DNA of 64,000 nucleotides from Takakia lepidozioides (Eukaryota > Plantae > Bryophyta): NCBI GenBank assembly GCA_030704615.1, contig CM060732.1, forward strand, positions 54,436,001 through 54,500,000, read 5' to 3'. The notes below the pieces were generated by a model that saw only the letters and a list, made by a program, of their open reading frames with translations, made no database searches and was not told the origin of the DNA. Numbering within the stretch: the stretch's first letter is position 1; every line of letters begins with the position of its first letter. Shown here piece after piece: positions 40,321 through 51,521 of the stretch. The translations under genes and the position numbers were made by a program.

Positions 40321-40802
40321 GCCGGTCCACTCAAACAGAAAATGCCATCCTGGTTGTCTAACATGACAACTCCAGGTGTCACCATGGCGCGCTCAATGGC
40401 TGGCCTAGCTGGCAGCTCCATCAACCTGGCAGCTGCAGCTTGCCATGGCGCCGCCGTGGCAGTCTTGACCCTCAAATCCGAGGATCCCTCCGGCACTACA
40501 CCTCCCACTATCTCCGCAGAAGATGAAGTAACCTCCCCACTCTCACAAAGTGTAGCTGCCAGCCTGAACACCTCAGCTGGTCTTACCCCCGGCGTCGCAA
40601 TCATGGTAGCCGAGAACAATGGAGCCTGGCACACAGATGTGGCCGCTCCTAGCAGCACACTAGCTGCCGTAGCCTTGGCAACACTAGGTAGTGGTGCTAC
40701 TCGTGTAGCTCTCCCCAATGGCATAGTGACCTCCGCCTCGGTAACAGTCGGGCGAGAACTAGGTGCCATGGATGGCGTCGACACTGTCTCCGCCAATGTG
40801 AA

Positions 40803-42490
40803 TGACTGAGGAAGCCTAGCCTGACGGCTTGCCTCCCACGCTGTGGATCCAACTCCACCTCTGCACCTCGTGGCTCAGGAACTCGTGCTGCTCCTCGAGT
40901 CACGGCTGCAGCAGACTCCACCTGCACTAGTGGTAGTGCTGCTCCACACATGAATCCCATGCCTCCCATATCTCCTCCCTCAGGAGCAGGAGGTGGACCA
41001 TCCGGCCTTAGAGCCGGTACCACCTGAGCTGTAGCCATGGCAGCGAGCCTCTGCTCTAGCTGCTGAAGCCGGTTGGCCATGCCTTGGTCAACACCCTGAC
41101 CTCCGCGTCCTTGGCCACGTTGAGCTTGCCCTTGGCCTGCACCTCGTGGCTGGCCACCTCGTCCCCTCTGGGCTGCTCCACCTCGCCCCCGGCCACCATT
41201 GTTCCCTTGGAACTGGCCTGGGCGCAACTCAGGATGCAAACCATAACACTGAGCCTCTCCATGCCCGTGTTTGCCACAATGCCCACACTGTAACTGTGCA
41301 GGCTGTGCATGTGCCGGCCCTTTGCCTCCCTCTGGACAATCCGTCTTGACATGGGGTCCTCCACATGTCCAGCACACCACATCCGCCCGTTGTTGGCCAG
41401 CAAATGAAGGGAGAGACCCCTGCATCTGAGGTCCTCTCTGCCCTTCCCTGAGCTTCACCTGAGCCCCCTTGTTGCCTTGAGCACGTTGAGGTGGTGGTTG
41501 GCTAGGAGCACCACTACCCCGTGGTGTCTCCTTAGCAAATCCCACCATGACCACTCGTTCCTCCACCATGTTGAGCTCTATCCGCTCTGCCAGCAAAAAC
41601 ACATTTGCTAAGGGGTTGGGCCGCTTGTAGGAGAGTTGCATCCCGCACCCTTCTCCTCAGCTCCTTGTCCAATATCCCATACCAGAATTGGACTGCCTGA
41701 GCTTCCGTAACCCCTTGGGTTACATTTATCAAGCGCCTCATGCGAGTGAAAGCCTCCCTCAAGCTCTCGGTCGGCTTCCGTTGGAACTCTTGCAAGCTCC
41801 GCAACTTCTCTGTCCTCACCCCTTGGTAGTTCCCTCTCAACTCTTCGAAGAACTCCACGACAGGGTTGAAGGCAGGCACGGGTGCTAGTGCTGGTGCGGG
41901 TAGTGGCTTGGGTGGACGTCGTAGCTACTGTACCACCAGTCCCACTGCTGCTTGCTGAAGCTGCCGGTGCAGCGGCAGGTGTAGCCACTGCCCTCGTGGC
42001 TCTAGTGCCCCTAGTGATGGAGACATAGTCGGGTGACCAGTACATCCTCCACTCCTCGATCTCAACCTCATGCCCCCGCCTGAACTCATGGTAATCATCC
42101 ATAGGCGGCCCCTCAAGGTGCTGAAACAGCCCTTTCCATGCCATGAACGGCGTAAATAGTTGTGGATTGCGCATTTGCTGCAAATCACACCAACACTTGG
42201 ATAAAATCATCCACTCAATGGTGCCCACCGCCCAGAGTACCTTCGTGGCCCCTTGGTAGCTCCATACATCTCCTCCATTGTGTCCCACAACAATGGCAAA
42301 GAAACAACTTGCACCGCCGGTATGAGTCCTCCCGATTCACAATCCGAATCAGAACCTTCCGTAGAAGACACAGGAGGTGAAGGTGGCCTAAACCGCACAC
42401 CTCGTCTCGTGTACCCACTAGTATCGCTAGTGCTCGAACCGGCACTGTCCCCAGCAACTAGTGGCACCTCCGTGTTGACACTCAACCGGT
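40803..42490 (-). CDS. Gag with zinc knuckles (several 1-nt frameshifts)
   Basis: FQRKPTESLREAFTRM gag motif; CWTCGGPHVKTDC and CGHCGKHGHGEAQC. Confidence 0.8.
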
Positions 42491-43279
42491 CATGAACACA
42501 ACATAAAACGAACCGCATAATAACAACATGACCCAACAGAAAAATACTCTCTGGCCTTTGGGGTACTGAACATAACCTGTCCTTCTCTCATGGTTCTTAC
42601 CCAACTTGATTCTGGTGCCTCCACACAGCACAGGATAGGTGGCTGGCACCCAACCCGCACAACCCAGTCACACAAAACACATACGTGGTCAATCGGTAGT
42701 GGATCCACACAAGAAATCAGATCGACAGGCCACCAGCACAGACAACAAAACCACAAACACACTAGCTGCACCACACAGTTGCACTCACCAGCACACACAA
42801 CAATCCGTCACACCACAGCCACACCAACAACCACACACAAACCCACCCCTCTCACAAGGTAACCGGGTTAGAGAACTGTGCGGCTTATGGTTGAATAATA
42901 AGTCCTAACATAGCCTACAGTACCTGCATCCACCACAAAGCACTCCTATGGTTGGCTGTGGTCACGCCTCCAACCTCACCACAGGAGAAACAATGATGGT
43001 CTGGCTGGTCATCACCCGCCTCACCATCGACGCATGCTCTAGGACTGGCCGGTGTCATCCGACAATCACCTATAAAAACAAGCGCCCCCACACACAACTA
43101 GCATGGCGCACAGTAAAGCATGCAGGTATGGAGGGGATCCAACACAAGAAATCAGATCGACAAGCCCCCACACCCAAAAACAACTCCACGGGTCTTAGGC
43201 AGTCCACCAGTGCCTCCACGAGTCAGCACAGGCCGTCCACAGGCAACCGGGCCACCACAGACCACACAGGCCCACACAG

Positions 43280-44600
43280 CCACTGGTCAGGCCGTCACAG
43301 TCCAAGGCCACTGGGCAAAGCCTGTCGCCAGCCATCACAGCCTGTCACAGCCTCAAAGGCCTCAGGCACGGCCTGTCACAGCCCCTCACAGCCCGTCACA
43401 GCCTCAAAGGCCTCAGGCACGGCCTGTCACAGCCCCTCACAGCCCGTCACAGCCCCAAAGGCCATGGGCACGGCCTGTCACAGCCCCTCACAGCCGTCAC
43501 GCCACAAGCCTCAGGCACGGCTGTCACAGCCCCTCACAGCCCCTCACAGCCCCAAAGGCCCCAGGCCGGCCTGTCACCGCCCCTCACAGCCCGTCACAGC
43601 CCCAAAGGCCATGGGCACGGCCTGTCACAGCCCTCACAGCCCGTCACAGCCTCAAAGGCCTCAGGCACGGCCTGTCACAGCCCCTCACAGCCGTCACAGC
43701 CCCAAAGGCCATGGGCACAAGCCTGTCACAGCCCGTCACAGCCCATAGGCCTCAGGGCACAGCCTGTCACAGCCCCGCACAGCCGTCACAGCCCAAAGGC
43801 CACTGGGCACAGCCTGTCACAGCCTGACACAGCCCGTCCAGCCCCACAGGGCACAGGGCACAGCCTGTCACAGCCCATCACAGCCCATCACAGCCGGTCC
43901 AGCTTGCCACAACCTGTCACAGCCGTCACAGGCCGTCACAGCTCGCCCCACAGCCTGACACAGCCCGTCACAGCCCCACAGGCACAGGGCACAGCCTGTC
44001 ACAGCCCCTCACAGCCCGTCACAGCCCCAAAGGCCTCAGGCACGGCCTGTCACAGCCCGTCACAGCCCCAAAGGCCACTGGGCACAGCCTGTCACAGCCT
44101 GACACAGCCCGTCACAGCCCCACAGGGCACAGGGCACAGCCTGTCACAGCCATCAAAGCCCATCACAGCCTGTCACAGCTTGCCACAGCCTGTCACAGCC
44201 GACAGCCCCACAGGCCACTGGGCACAGCCTGTCACAGCCCGTCACAGCCCCAAAGGCCATGGGCACAGCCGTCACAGCCGCCACAGCCTGTCACAGCCCG
44301 TCACAGCCCCAAAGGCCTCAGGCACAGCCTGTCACAGCCCGTCACAGCCCACAAGGCCACTGGGCACAGCCTGTCACAGCCTAACACAGCCCGTCACAGC
44401 CCCCAGGGCACAGGGCACAGCCTGTCACAGCCCATCACAGCCCATCACAGCCCGTCACAGCCCCACAGGCCTCATGGCACAGCCTGTCACAGCCCCGCAC
44501 AGCCCGTCACAGCCCCAAAGGCCACTGGGCACAGCCTGTCACAGCCTGACACAGCCCATCACAGCCTGTCACAGCTTGCCACAGCCTGTCACAGCCCCAC
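43280..44600. repeat. ~1.3-kb minisatellite of (C/T)GTCACAGCC units (~11-bp period, ~44-bp higher order) in the retroelement 5' leader
   Basis: Directly visible tandem array. Confidence 0.95.
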
Positions 44601-46136
44601 ACATGGCCGCTCTGGCAGTTTAGCCATTTCTCCAAGGGGTTTAGCCACGCCAAGCTAGGGTTTGTGTCTCTTGGACTCTAGGCTTCTTTCCACCGAGCTA
44701 TGGTGGCTGTGAGGAAATCAGCAAGGTATCCTTGCTCTTTCGGCTCCCACACACCACCATAGTAGCCCTAAGCCATGAGGTGGTTGCCACAAACCAAGCC
44801 TTCTTTCTCACTTAGCCTCCCCAAACACGCCACTAAACTCAATGGCAAACAACCAAGCCCTGTTGGTTCCCAGCCCTTGTGAGCACTCATTCAAGCACTC
44901 CCCTCATTGGACATAGCATCTGTCTTAGAGCCTATTCCAACCCTCTACACCTGTTGCTTCAAGAGTTGCGCTCCCTTCAAGCTTGAAGTTGAAACCCCAA
45001 CTCACATAGGCCCTACAAGTGCTGTTCTTTCACTCCAAGTGGAAACCAGCCCTAGACCTTCCGTTCTAGCTCTCTAAGGCTTGAAAACAAGAGCCTCAAT
45101 GGGCTGAAGGCATGCTCCACACATGCCCCACTCTCACCATAAGAGAATCAGCTCCTTTGCTTCATTTCTTGCACCCACAAACCTGATAATACAAGCTTCA
45201 GCAGGCTGAAAACATGCTCTACATGCCCTACAGGGAACCAGCCCCTTCCTTCCTTTCTTGCACTCCCACACCTAAAAGTGCAAGCCTTCACCAGGCTGAT
45301 AGCATGCTCCACACATACATTGCCCTCACATAAGGGAAGTCAGCCCTTCCCTCTTCCTTGCTTGCCCTCCAAGCTTGAAGATGGAAGCTTCAATGAGCTG
45401 AATACATGCTCCACACATGCAACCTCTTCACACAAGAGATATCAGCCCCCTATCTTGGCTCCTTGGCTCCTTGATGCTCTCTAAGACAAGACTAAGCACT
45501 CCCAAGCCCTTGCCAAGCTCCTGAAACCCTAAGGCTTACATTTCCAGCCACAAGACACTTCTCTTGTGGTGCAAGAGCTCTTCTTCCAAGCTCTGAAACC
45601 CTAGGTGCACATTCCATGGCCTTGCCGCACCTCTTAGCTCCTGTTCCAGCCCTGCTTTTGCCATGACAAGAGCCCTCTCAATGCTGAAGCTCGAGATTGA
45701 AACCCAATCTCACCATACTCCACAAAGTGCACTGATTTGCCCCAAGCCAAATCAGCCCTTTCGCTTGGTCTTGCAATCCTTCACACAATGACAGCTCGCA
45801 TTCCCAAGTCCAGTTCTCAGCTTTGCCACCAAAGCCACTATAACCTGCTCTTGACTGGTCCTCTTCCCAATCGTGCTTGCTCATGCATGTACACAATCTG
45901 AAACCATCAAGGTGCTCTGGAATTACCTACAGTATGGTGCTTTCATCTCTGAAGCTGAAGATCGAATGCCAAGGTTTACCACCTCGTAACCCACATCGCC
46001 TCCGCTTCTAACAACCAAAGAGCTCCACGGTGCTCCTTGCATAACAACTTGGTTTCTCTCATTCTCAAGCAAAAACCACAAGTGCTACAACTAACTCGTA
46101 TCTAGCACTCATAGATACGAGCTCATCTTTCTCGAG

Positions 46137-46463
46137 TGATAAAGAAGAAGAATACAAGCACGAGCTCATGCGAGCTCACAAAGCTGAAGCATAAACTCAT
46201 GCATATATAACCTCATCACTCAAATACAAGTCAAGCCAAGTGCACCCCACGCCATGGGGAATCCACACTACGGCGCCATAGCTAGGCGCGGTGAGGCTCA
46301 ACTCGAGAAAGATGAGCCTCCTGCGCTTGCCGTGAAGATAACCACTCCAGGGCCTAAATCTGCCTTGACCCCTGGATTGACACTTGGACCAATCCCAAAT
46401 GTCAATATGTAAAAGCTAGCTATTTCCTAGCTAGTTTCACACTAGTGGTAAAATAACTTGACA
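46137..46463 (-). repeat. 5' terminal repeat (B only), followed on the sense strand by a PBS (46121-46137) complementary to the LTR
   Basis: Matches 34414-34740; 46121-46137 is the exact reverse complement of 46301-46317. Confidence 0.9.
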
Positions 46464-47303
46464 TTGTGTTGCGTGTGGCAGGTAAGTGGATGAGACTGCA
46501 TTCAATTCATATTGTCCGCCGAGCTCTCTTCCCATTTTATGGGGCGGCCCTACATGGGAACTCGGCGACCGGGCCCGCCGCCCCATGCATGAAAGTGAGA
46601 AGTGTACCCAGCCATTTTTGTCAGTTTTCTCCCTTAAAGGGTGGGCCAGGTACATGGAAGGCTGCAATAACACAGCAGATAAGAGATGCAATAAAGCATT
46701 ACGACCCATCATGTTGGCTGCTTCTCTTTGTTAATCCCACCCATAAGAAACAAGAGCCGGTATCAATAGAGAGCTTCCAATCACTCATACCTCATAACAT
46801 GCACTGAAGCATTTGTAGTGGCTGGAACTGATTGCAATTTGCAGCTCTGTTTCCATCAATCCTGCATTCTTTGAGATTCAAGGAATTACTGGAAGATCAA
46901 ATGGAACTTGACTTGAACTTGTGTTTAAAGCACAACTTCCATCCACAGGTGCAGAGCTGCAACCACCTTTTCCATCCATGTGCTGGAGCCTGAAAGAAGA
47001 TGAGGGCCAGGGTTCCATGGGCCCATCGGCCGTGATCTGTGCGGCCCCACAGAAGGCGCATTTGGGGCCCATTCAACAGAACTCAATTGATTCCAATGAG
47101 GGGGCTACAAAGAGAGCAGGATTATGCAGGTTGCAGTCATGGGTTTAGTGACAGCTTCTTTCACAATGTGTTGAGCAGGACAGTGGGGTGAAGCACGACT
47201 CACAAGTCGCAGTAGCATTTCTGTGAAAGTTTTCTGGTACGGGTTGTGAAAAAAGGAGCAGAAGTGTTTCTTCTGGGTTGCAAGAGAATTCGCACACCCC
47301 CAC

Positions 47304-48470
47304 ATGCTAAAGAGGTTCGCACCTGGGTTCATCACCGGAAATCACAAGCAGACACTCTTGAGTACGAAATTCTCAGTGCATACTCAGGTACCCTACCCTT
47401 TCTTTTTCCTTCTCCTCTCACCAAGGTGAATTGGATAGTAGTTGGGCTGTTTGCTGCTCTCAGAAAAGGAGCAGATGTTGTTACATGCCATGGCTGGAAA
47501 AGATCAACTTCCGAGAGGGATTTTGCGGTTGAATAGCAGTATCTAGTGCAGAGAACATTGCCCAGAGGGAACGATAAAAGCTGGTACTGACATAGAAACG
47601 GGTGGCCTGGAACTTGCACTCACGAATGAAAATAAGGAAACATAATTCTGATACTCTCAGAGGTCCACTAAGAGAGAACAAATGAAGAGTCATTCTCATC
47701 TGAGGAAGGGCACTCTGATAAAACTGTTTCGAATTCATGCAATGGTGTGTTTACAGTGCAATTCCGGCTCAATGGATTCATCCACTAATTCTGGAGGAGG
47801 AGGATTACCAGAGAGAGTGATTGAGAAAGGGGCATCAGAAAGACTGAGGGAAGTGACAAAGAACATGCCAATGACGCAAGCATGGGAGCAGGTATGGGTG
47901 GAAGGGGTCACGCCCTGGGATGCAAAGGGGGCTACACCTGTTGTCACCCAGCTGGTGCAAGAAGGCAAGCTTGCAGAGGGCCAGGCGTTGGTCCCTGGCT
48001 GTGGTTTAGGGTATGATGTTTTGGCTATGGCAAGTCCAACGAGGAGCGTTGTCGGTCTTGACATCTCTAAGACCAGTCTTGAGCGGGCCAGAAAGCTGCA
48101 TGCAGGAAACCCCAGCAGCCAATGGGTTGAGTTTGTTAACGCGGATTTCTTCACCTTCTCACCCCCTGAGCCTTTTGATGTCATCTTTGATTACACATTT
48201 TTCTGTGCATTGGACCCTTCATTGAGGTCCCAGTGGGCCCAGACAATGTCAAAGTTACTTGCATCAGATGGCGAACTACTTACACTTCTCTTTCCGATCT
48301 CTGATCATGAAGGAGGCCCCCCCTATGCTGTTTCTCTTCAAGCTTACCAGACTGTGCTGCATCCATTGGGTTTCACCGTCGTGAGTATGGACGAGGCTAT
48401 TCCTAGTCTTCCAGCACGGAAAGGAATGGAATCGCTCGCTCGTTGGAAAAGATCCAACGTAGAAGCTTGA
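47304..48470 (+). CDS. HOL: Thiol/halide methyltransferase (HOL/TPMT family); probable short first exon 47304-47387 plus 47757-48470
   Basis: WVEGVTPWD, ALVPGCGLGYDV, DFFTF..FDVIFDYTFFCAL, HEGGPPYAVS; phase-0 GT-AG join to an upstream ATG exon. Confidence 0.9.
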
Positions 48471-48740
48471 ACTTATGGCTGTAAATCTTGTGGCTGCAAA
48501 GGAGACGACATAACGTGTCTTTCTTTAAAGCAGTAGAATGGCTATGAACGAGTGTCAGTACTGCAGTCACTCTCATGTTTCGGGTATAATGATGTCAATG
48601 CGGGTTGACTCTGAGACAATGAAACAGTTCGGGGACCACGTCTTGATTCCTACTTGTTATGTGAGGCCTTCTGCCATTTCACAACTGATGTGCACTCCCT
48701 TGTTGTAACTTCATCAACTGAAGATATTTAAAATAAAATC

Positions 48741-49122
48741 GACTTGAATACAGCATGAATATGATGACAACTATAAGTGCAGGATTCCCAGCCAACAAGG
48801 TTCACAGCTTTGGGTATTGATTGAGCCCCTTGAGCTATTGGAAAGATATGCAATGATAGCGTTTTGGTGAATTGACCATTCCACTGCATCACAAATGATG
48901 GCTATATATATATATATATTAGTGTTCCTTGCAACTGTCATTAACTGAAAAAATTCTGACTTGAATAAAGCATGAACATGATGACAGACTGCAGATTCCC
49001 AGCCCACAAGGGTCACAGCTTTGGCAGTTGGATTCAGCCCCTTGAGCTATAGGAAAGATATGCAATGATAGTGTTCTGGTGGACTGACCATTCCACTGCA
49101 TCACAAATGATGGCTGCTCTGA
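48741..49122. repeat. Tandem duplication of a ~160-bp non-coding unit (48741-48903, 48958-49114)
   Basis: Two similar copies visible by eye. Confidence 0.75.
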
Positions 49123-49556
49123 ATTCTGTACAATGTTCCTCATAGTGCCCAATTTCGCAATTGGCACAAGTGTATGAAAATATTATACATAGAATCTGGC
49201 CTGTGTGCCAGGTTTACAGACTGTTTGAAGTCCTAAATTTTGTGAGCAGTGTTTATGCATCCTACAGTCAAATCTGAAGGCGCACAAAGCAAAGGTTTGG
49301 TAACAGTGCAAATGCACTCTTAGTTGAAATACTTGTCAATCCTGGCCTACTCATTGCTGCCTTCTGTGTGTCAGGACAGGAACAACCAAAGACCTGACAC
49401 TAATAGGTGGTCTGTAATGGACAGGTGCTCTACACAAAATCCATCGGGGAAGAAAGATTCACTGGAATTCAACATCATCATATATGCACCCAATCAAAAA
49501 GGCCTGAAGATGACCCCAACTCCATGCCAGAATTTTGCTCGAAATGCACTGTGCTT

Positions 49557-50753
49557 CTAGAACATTTTCTCCGAGCATCCTACACATTCCAGGCACCACC
49601 TGTGTTAATCCTACATGTGCCTGTAGCTCAAAGTGCTTGAAAACTCCACAGGGATAACTGTCCGATACACTCAAATGGAGTGAGCACATGTGTCACACTT
49701 GAGTGCAAATTAGGGCAGAGCTTCATATACCCAAACTTGAAGCACCTTAAACTACAGTCTTGCTTGATTACTCACTGTAGAAATCAGGGAATCTAAGTTA
49801 CTCTGCCTCTGCAATTTGGAGCTCAAACTCTGGAGTCGCATCACATCTACAGAGTCTCTGCCTCAAGAAACACAAGGACAGGTGCCGCCGAGGATGAAAA
49901 GAGAATTGCTGTGAATCACACCAACGTTACTGGAGTGAAAGCAAGCACATGCAAAACATGTGAGGAGGGAACACATACTGGTTGGAAGCACAGGCTTCAA
50001 TTGGGGACGGATACGCAGCGTATGCACCAAGTGCAGCACTTCTGCATTGCCCGTGGCCACAAACATGCGCAGAACTCGCTCGGTCAGCTTCCCTTCCCTC
50101 AAAGTTTTCTGCACCCTCCATCACTGGATCTGTGACTTGTTTGTAGTGCATTGCACCCCTGGTTGAGGAATGGTGGAAGAAAAAACTTCCGAGGAAAGAC
50201 ACATGGTTAGTTGCTAGCCAAACATGTAGCCTGGATTAGGTCAACTCTCGTCATGCAATCCAGATGCTAGGATGTGCTCCCTTCACAATCAGGGGAACCA
50301 CAGGTCCCTGACCCACCCTGCAACACTACCACTGCATGTGCAAAATCCTGCAGGTCCTGCAGGATAAACAACCCTAAATAGCTGCTAAGAAGCACGAACC
50401 CTACACTTAGTGATGAAATTCCTTTCACTCCACTCAATCTAACACCGCAATCAAAATCTCACCCCCACAGAAGGCGTGCAACAGGAAACGACAGAGTTGC
50501 GATGCTCTAGTATGAGTTGCGAAGACAGTAACTTCCAGCACTCGTGCCTTACACTATTTGCAAGATGCATGCAAACAACCAGACCAGAACCCAGGAGAAA
50601 CATAGAAAAAGGTCAGCGAGCATTAACCTGAAAGAGCTCCGCAACGATGTTATCTGGGATGCTGCCGAGGTTGGACAATCGCTGTATATTTGAGACCGCC
50701 GTGTTGATGCTCAGATCTAACAGCGACGGCGGATGGGAGCCCTCATTTGACAT
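49557..50753 (-). CDS. Small (~92 aa) conserved plant protein of unknown function, 3 exons (50628-50753, 49979-50108, 49557-49579)
   Basis: MSNEGSHPPSLLDLSINTAVSNI..PDNIVAELFQ|KTLREGKLTERVLRMFVATGN..PVLPT|RCSEKMF*; GT-AG introns in phase. Confidence 0.8.
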
Positions 50754-51521
50754 AAGCCCTGCTTCCCTGCAGCCCTAAAAAGTCTTTCCTCGAATGCAGT
50801 TAGCCCACCTTCCCTAAACACCCTGGGCCAACAATGTGCATCTGGTACAATTGCGCAAGCTACGTGGGTACTCTCTGTTTTCCTTTCAACCTCCACCAAA
50901 GTCGACAAGCATCGCAGGCCCCTAGACTGTTCTGTTGTGGGAGGAGTTGGTGACCCCGGCTTTCTACTGTCATCAAAGCCGTGTCAGAAAGCTTCCAGAC
51001 CCATGTCCACAAGGTCAACCCAAATTCCCATCCGATATGACGCACACACGATCGTCCACAAAAGAAGCGAAACCAACAGACCTCTTTCCGCGGAAGGCCC
51101 CCAAATGGCCACGTCTGGAAAAATATTCTCTTTCTTTAATCTGTTCCAAGGTCGAACGGAAGGAAAAGGGATCAAGCCCGAGGATTCCTCAAACAAATCC
51201 CCTTCTCTCGTCAATGTTAGATGGGCACCTTCCTTGTAGCAGCCAGATGCTGCCGGATGACGGATGCCCCAAACCCACATTCTCGTCTTATGGCAAGGCA
51301 TCTCAGAGAACTGTACAAGAAAGCGTGCACGGAACTTCACTATCCTCTTTAGCGAAGGGGGGGGGGGGAGAGATGGGTTCTCCTGTCTCTTCCTGGTTTC
51401 AATAGTATTGTAGTTGTCCAGTGGTAGTCACTACAACTAATTCGATTCCAGGTCCGCAGCAGAGCCAATTTCTGTCTCTTTCACGACCGAGATAAGAGCG
51501 ACCGATTCCAGGTGGGCAGAA

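Larger units (their letters stand above)
34225..46463 (-). mobile_element. Ty3/gypsy retrotransposon with C5-methyltransferase and PHD cargo and split/permuted terminal repeats
   Basis: TGTC..GACA ends, candidate 4-bp TSD TTGT (34221-34224, 46464-46467), RT-RH-INT domain order, near-identical repeats. Confidence 0.93.

Noticed and set aside
42948-44623. Long + strand ORFs (235-266 aa)
   Set aside because: Products of the stop-poor minisatellite; low-complexity translations.
34225-46463. DIRS/Ngaro tyrosine-recombinase element
   Set aside because: The repeat layout is similar, but pol has a gypsy-type RT and DDE integrase and no tyrosine recombinase motif was found.
24164-48470. Functional cluster of three methyltransferase types, or a restriction-modification system
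   Set aside because: HOL is a small-molecule host enzyme, the two DNA MTases lie in separate mobile elements, and no restriction nuclease was seen.
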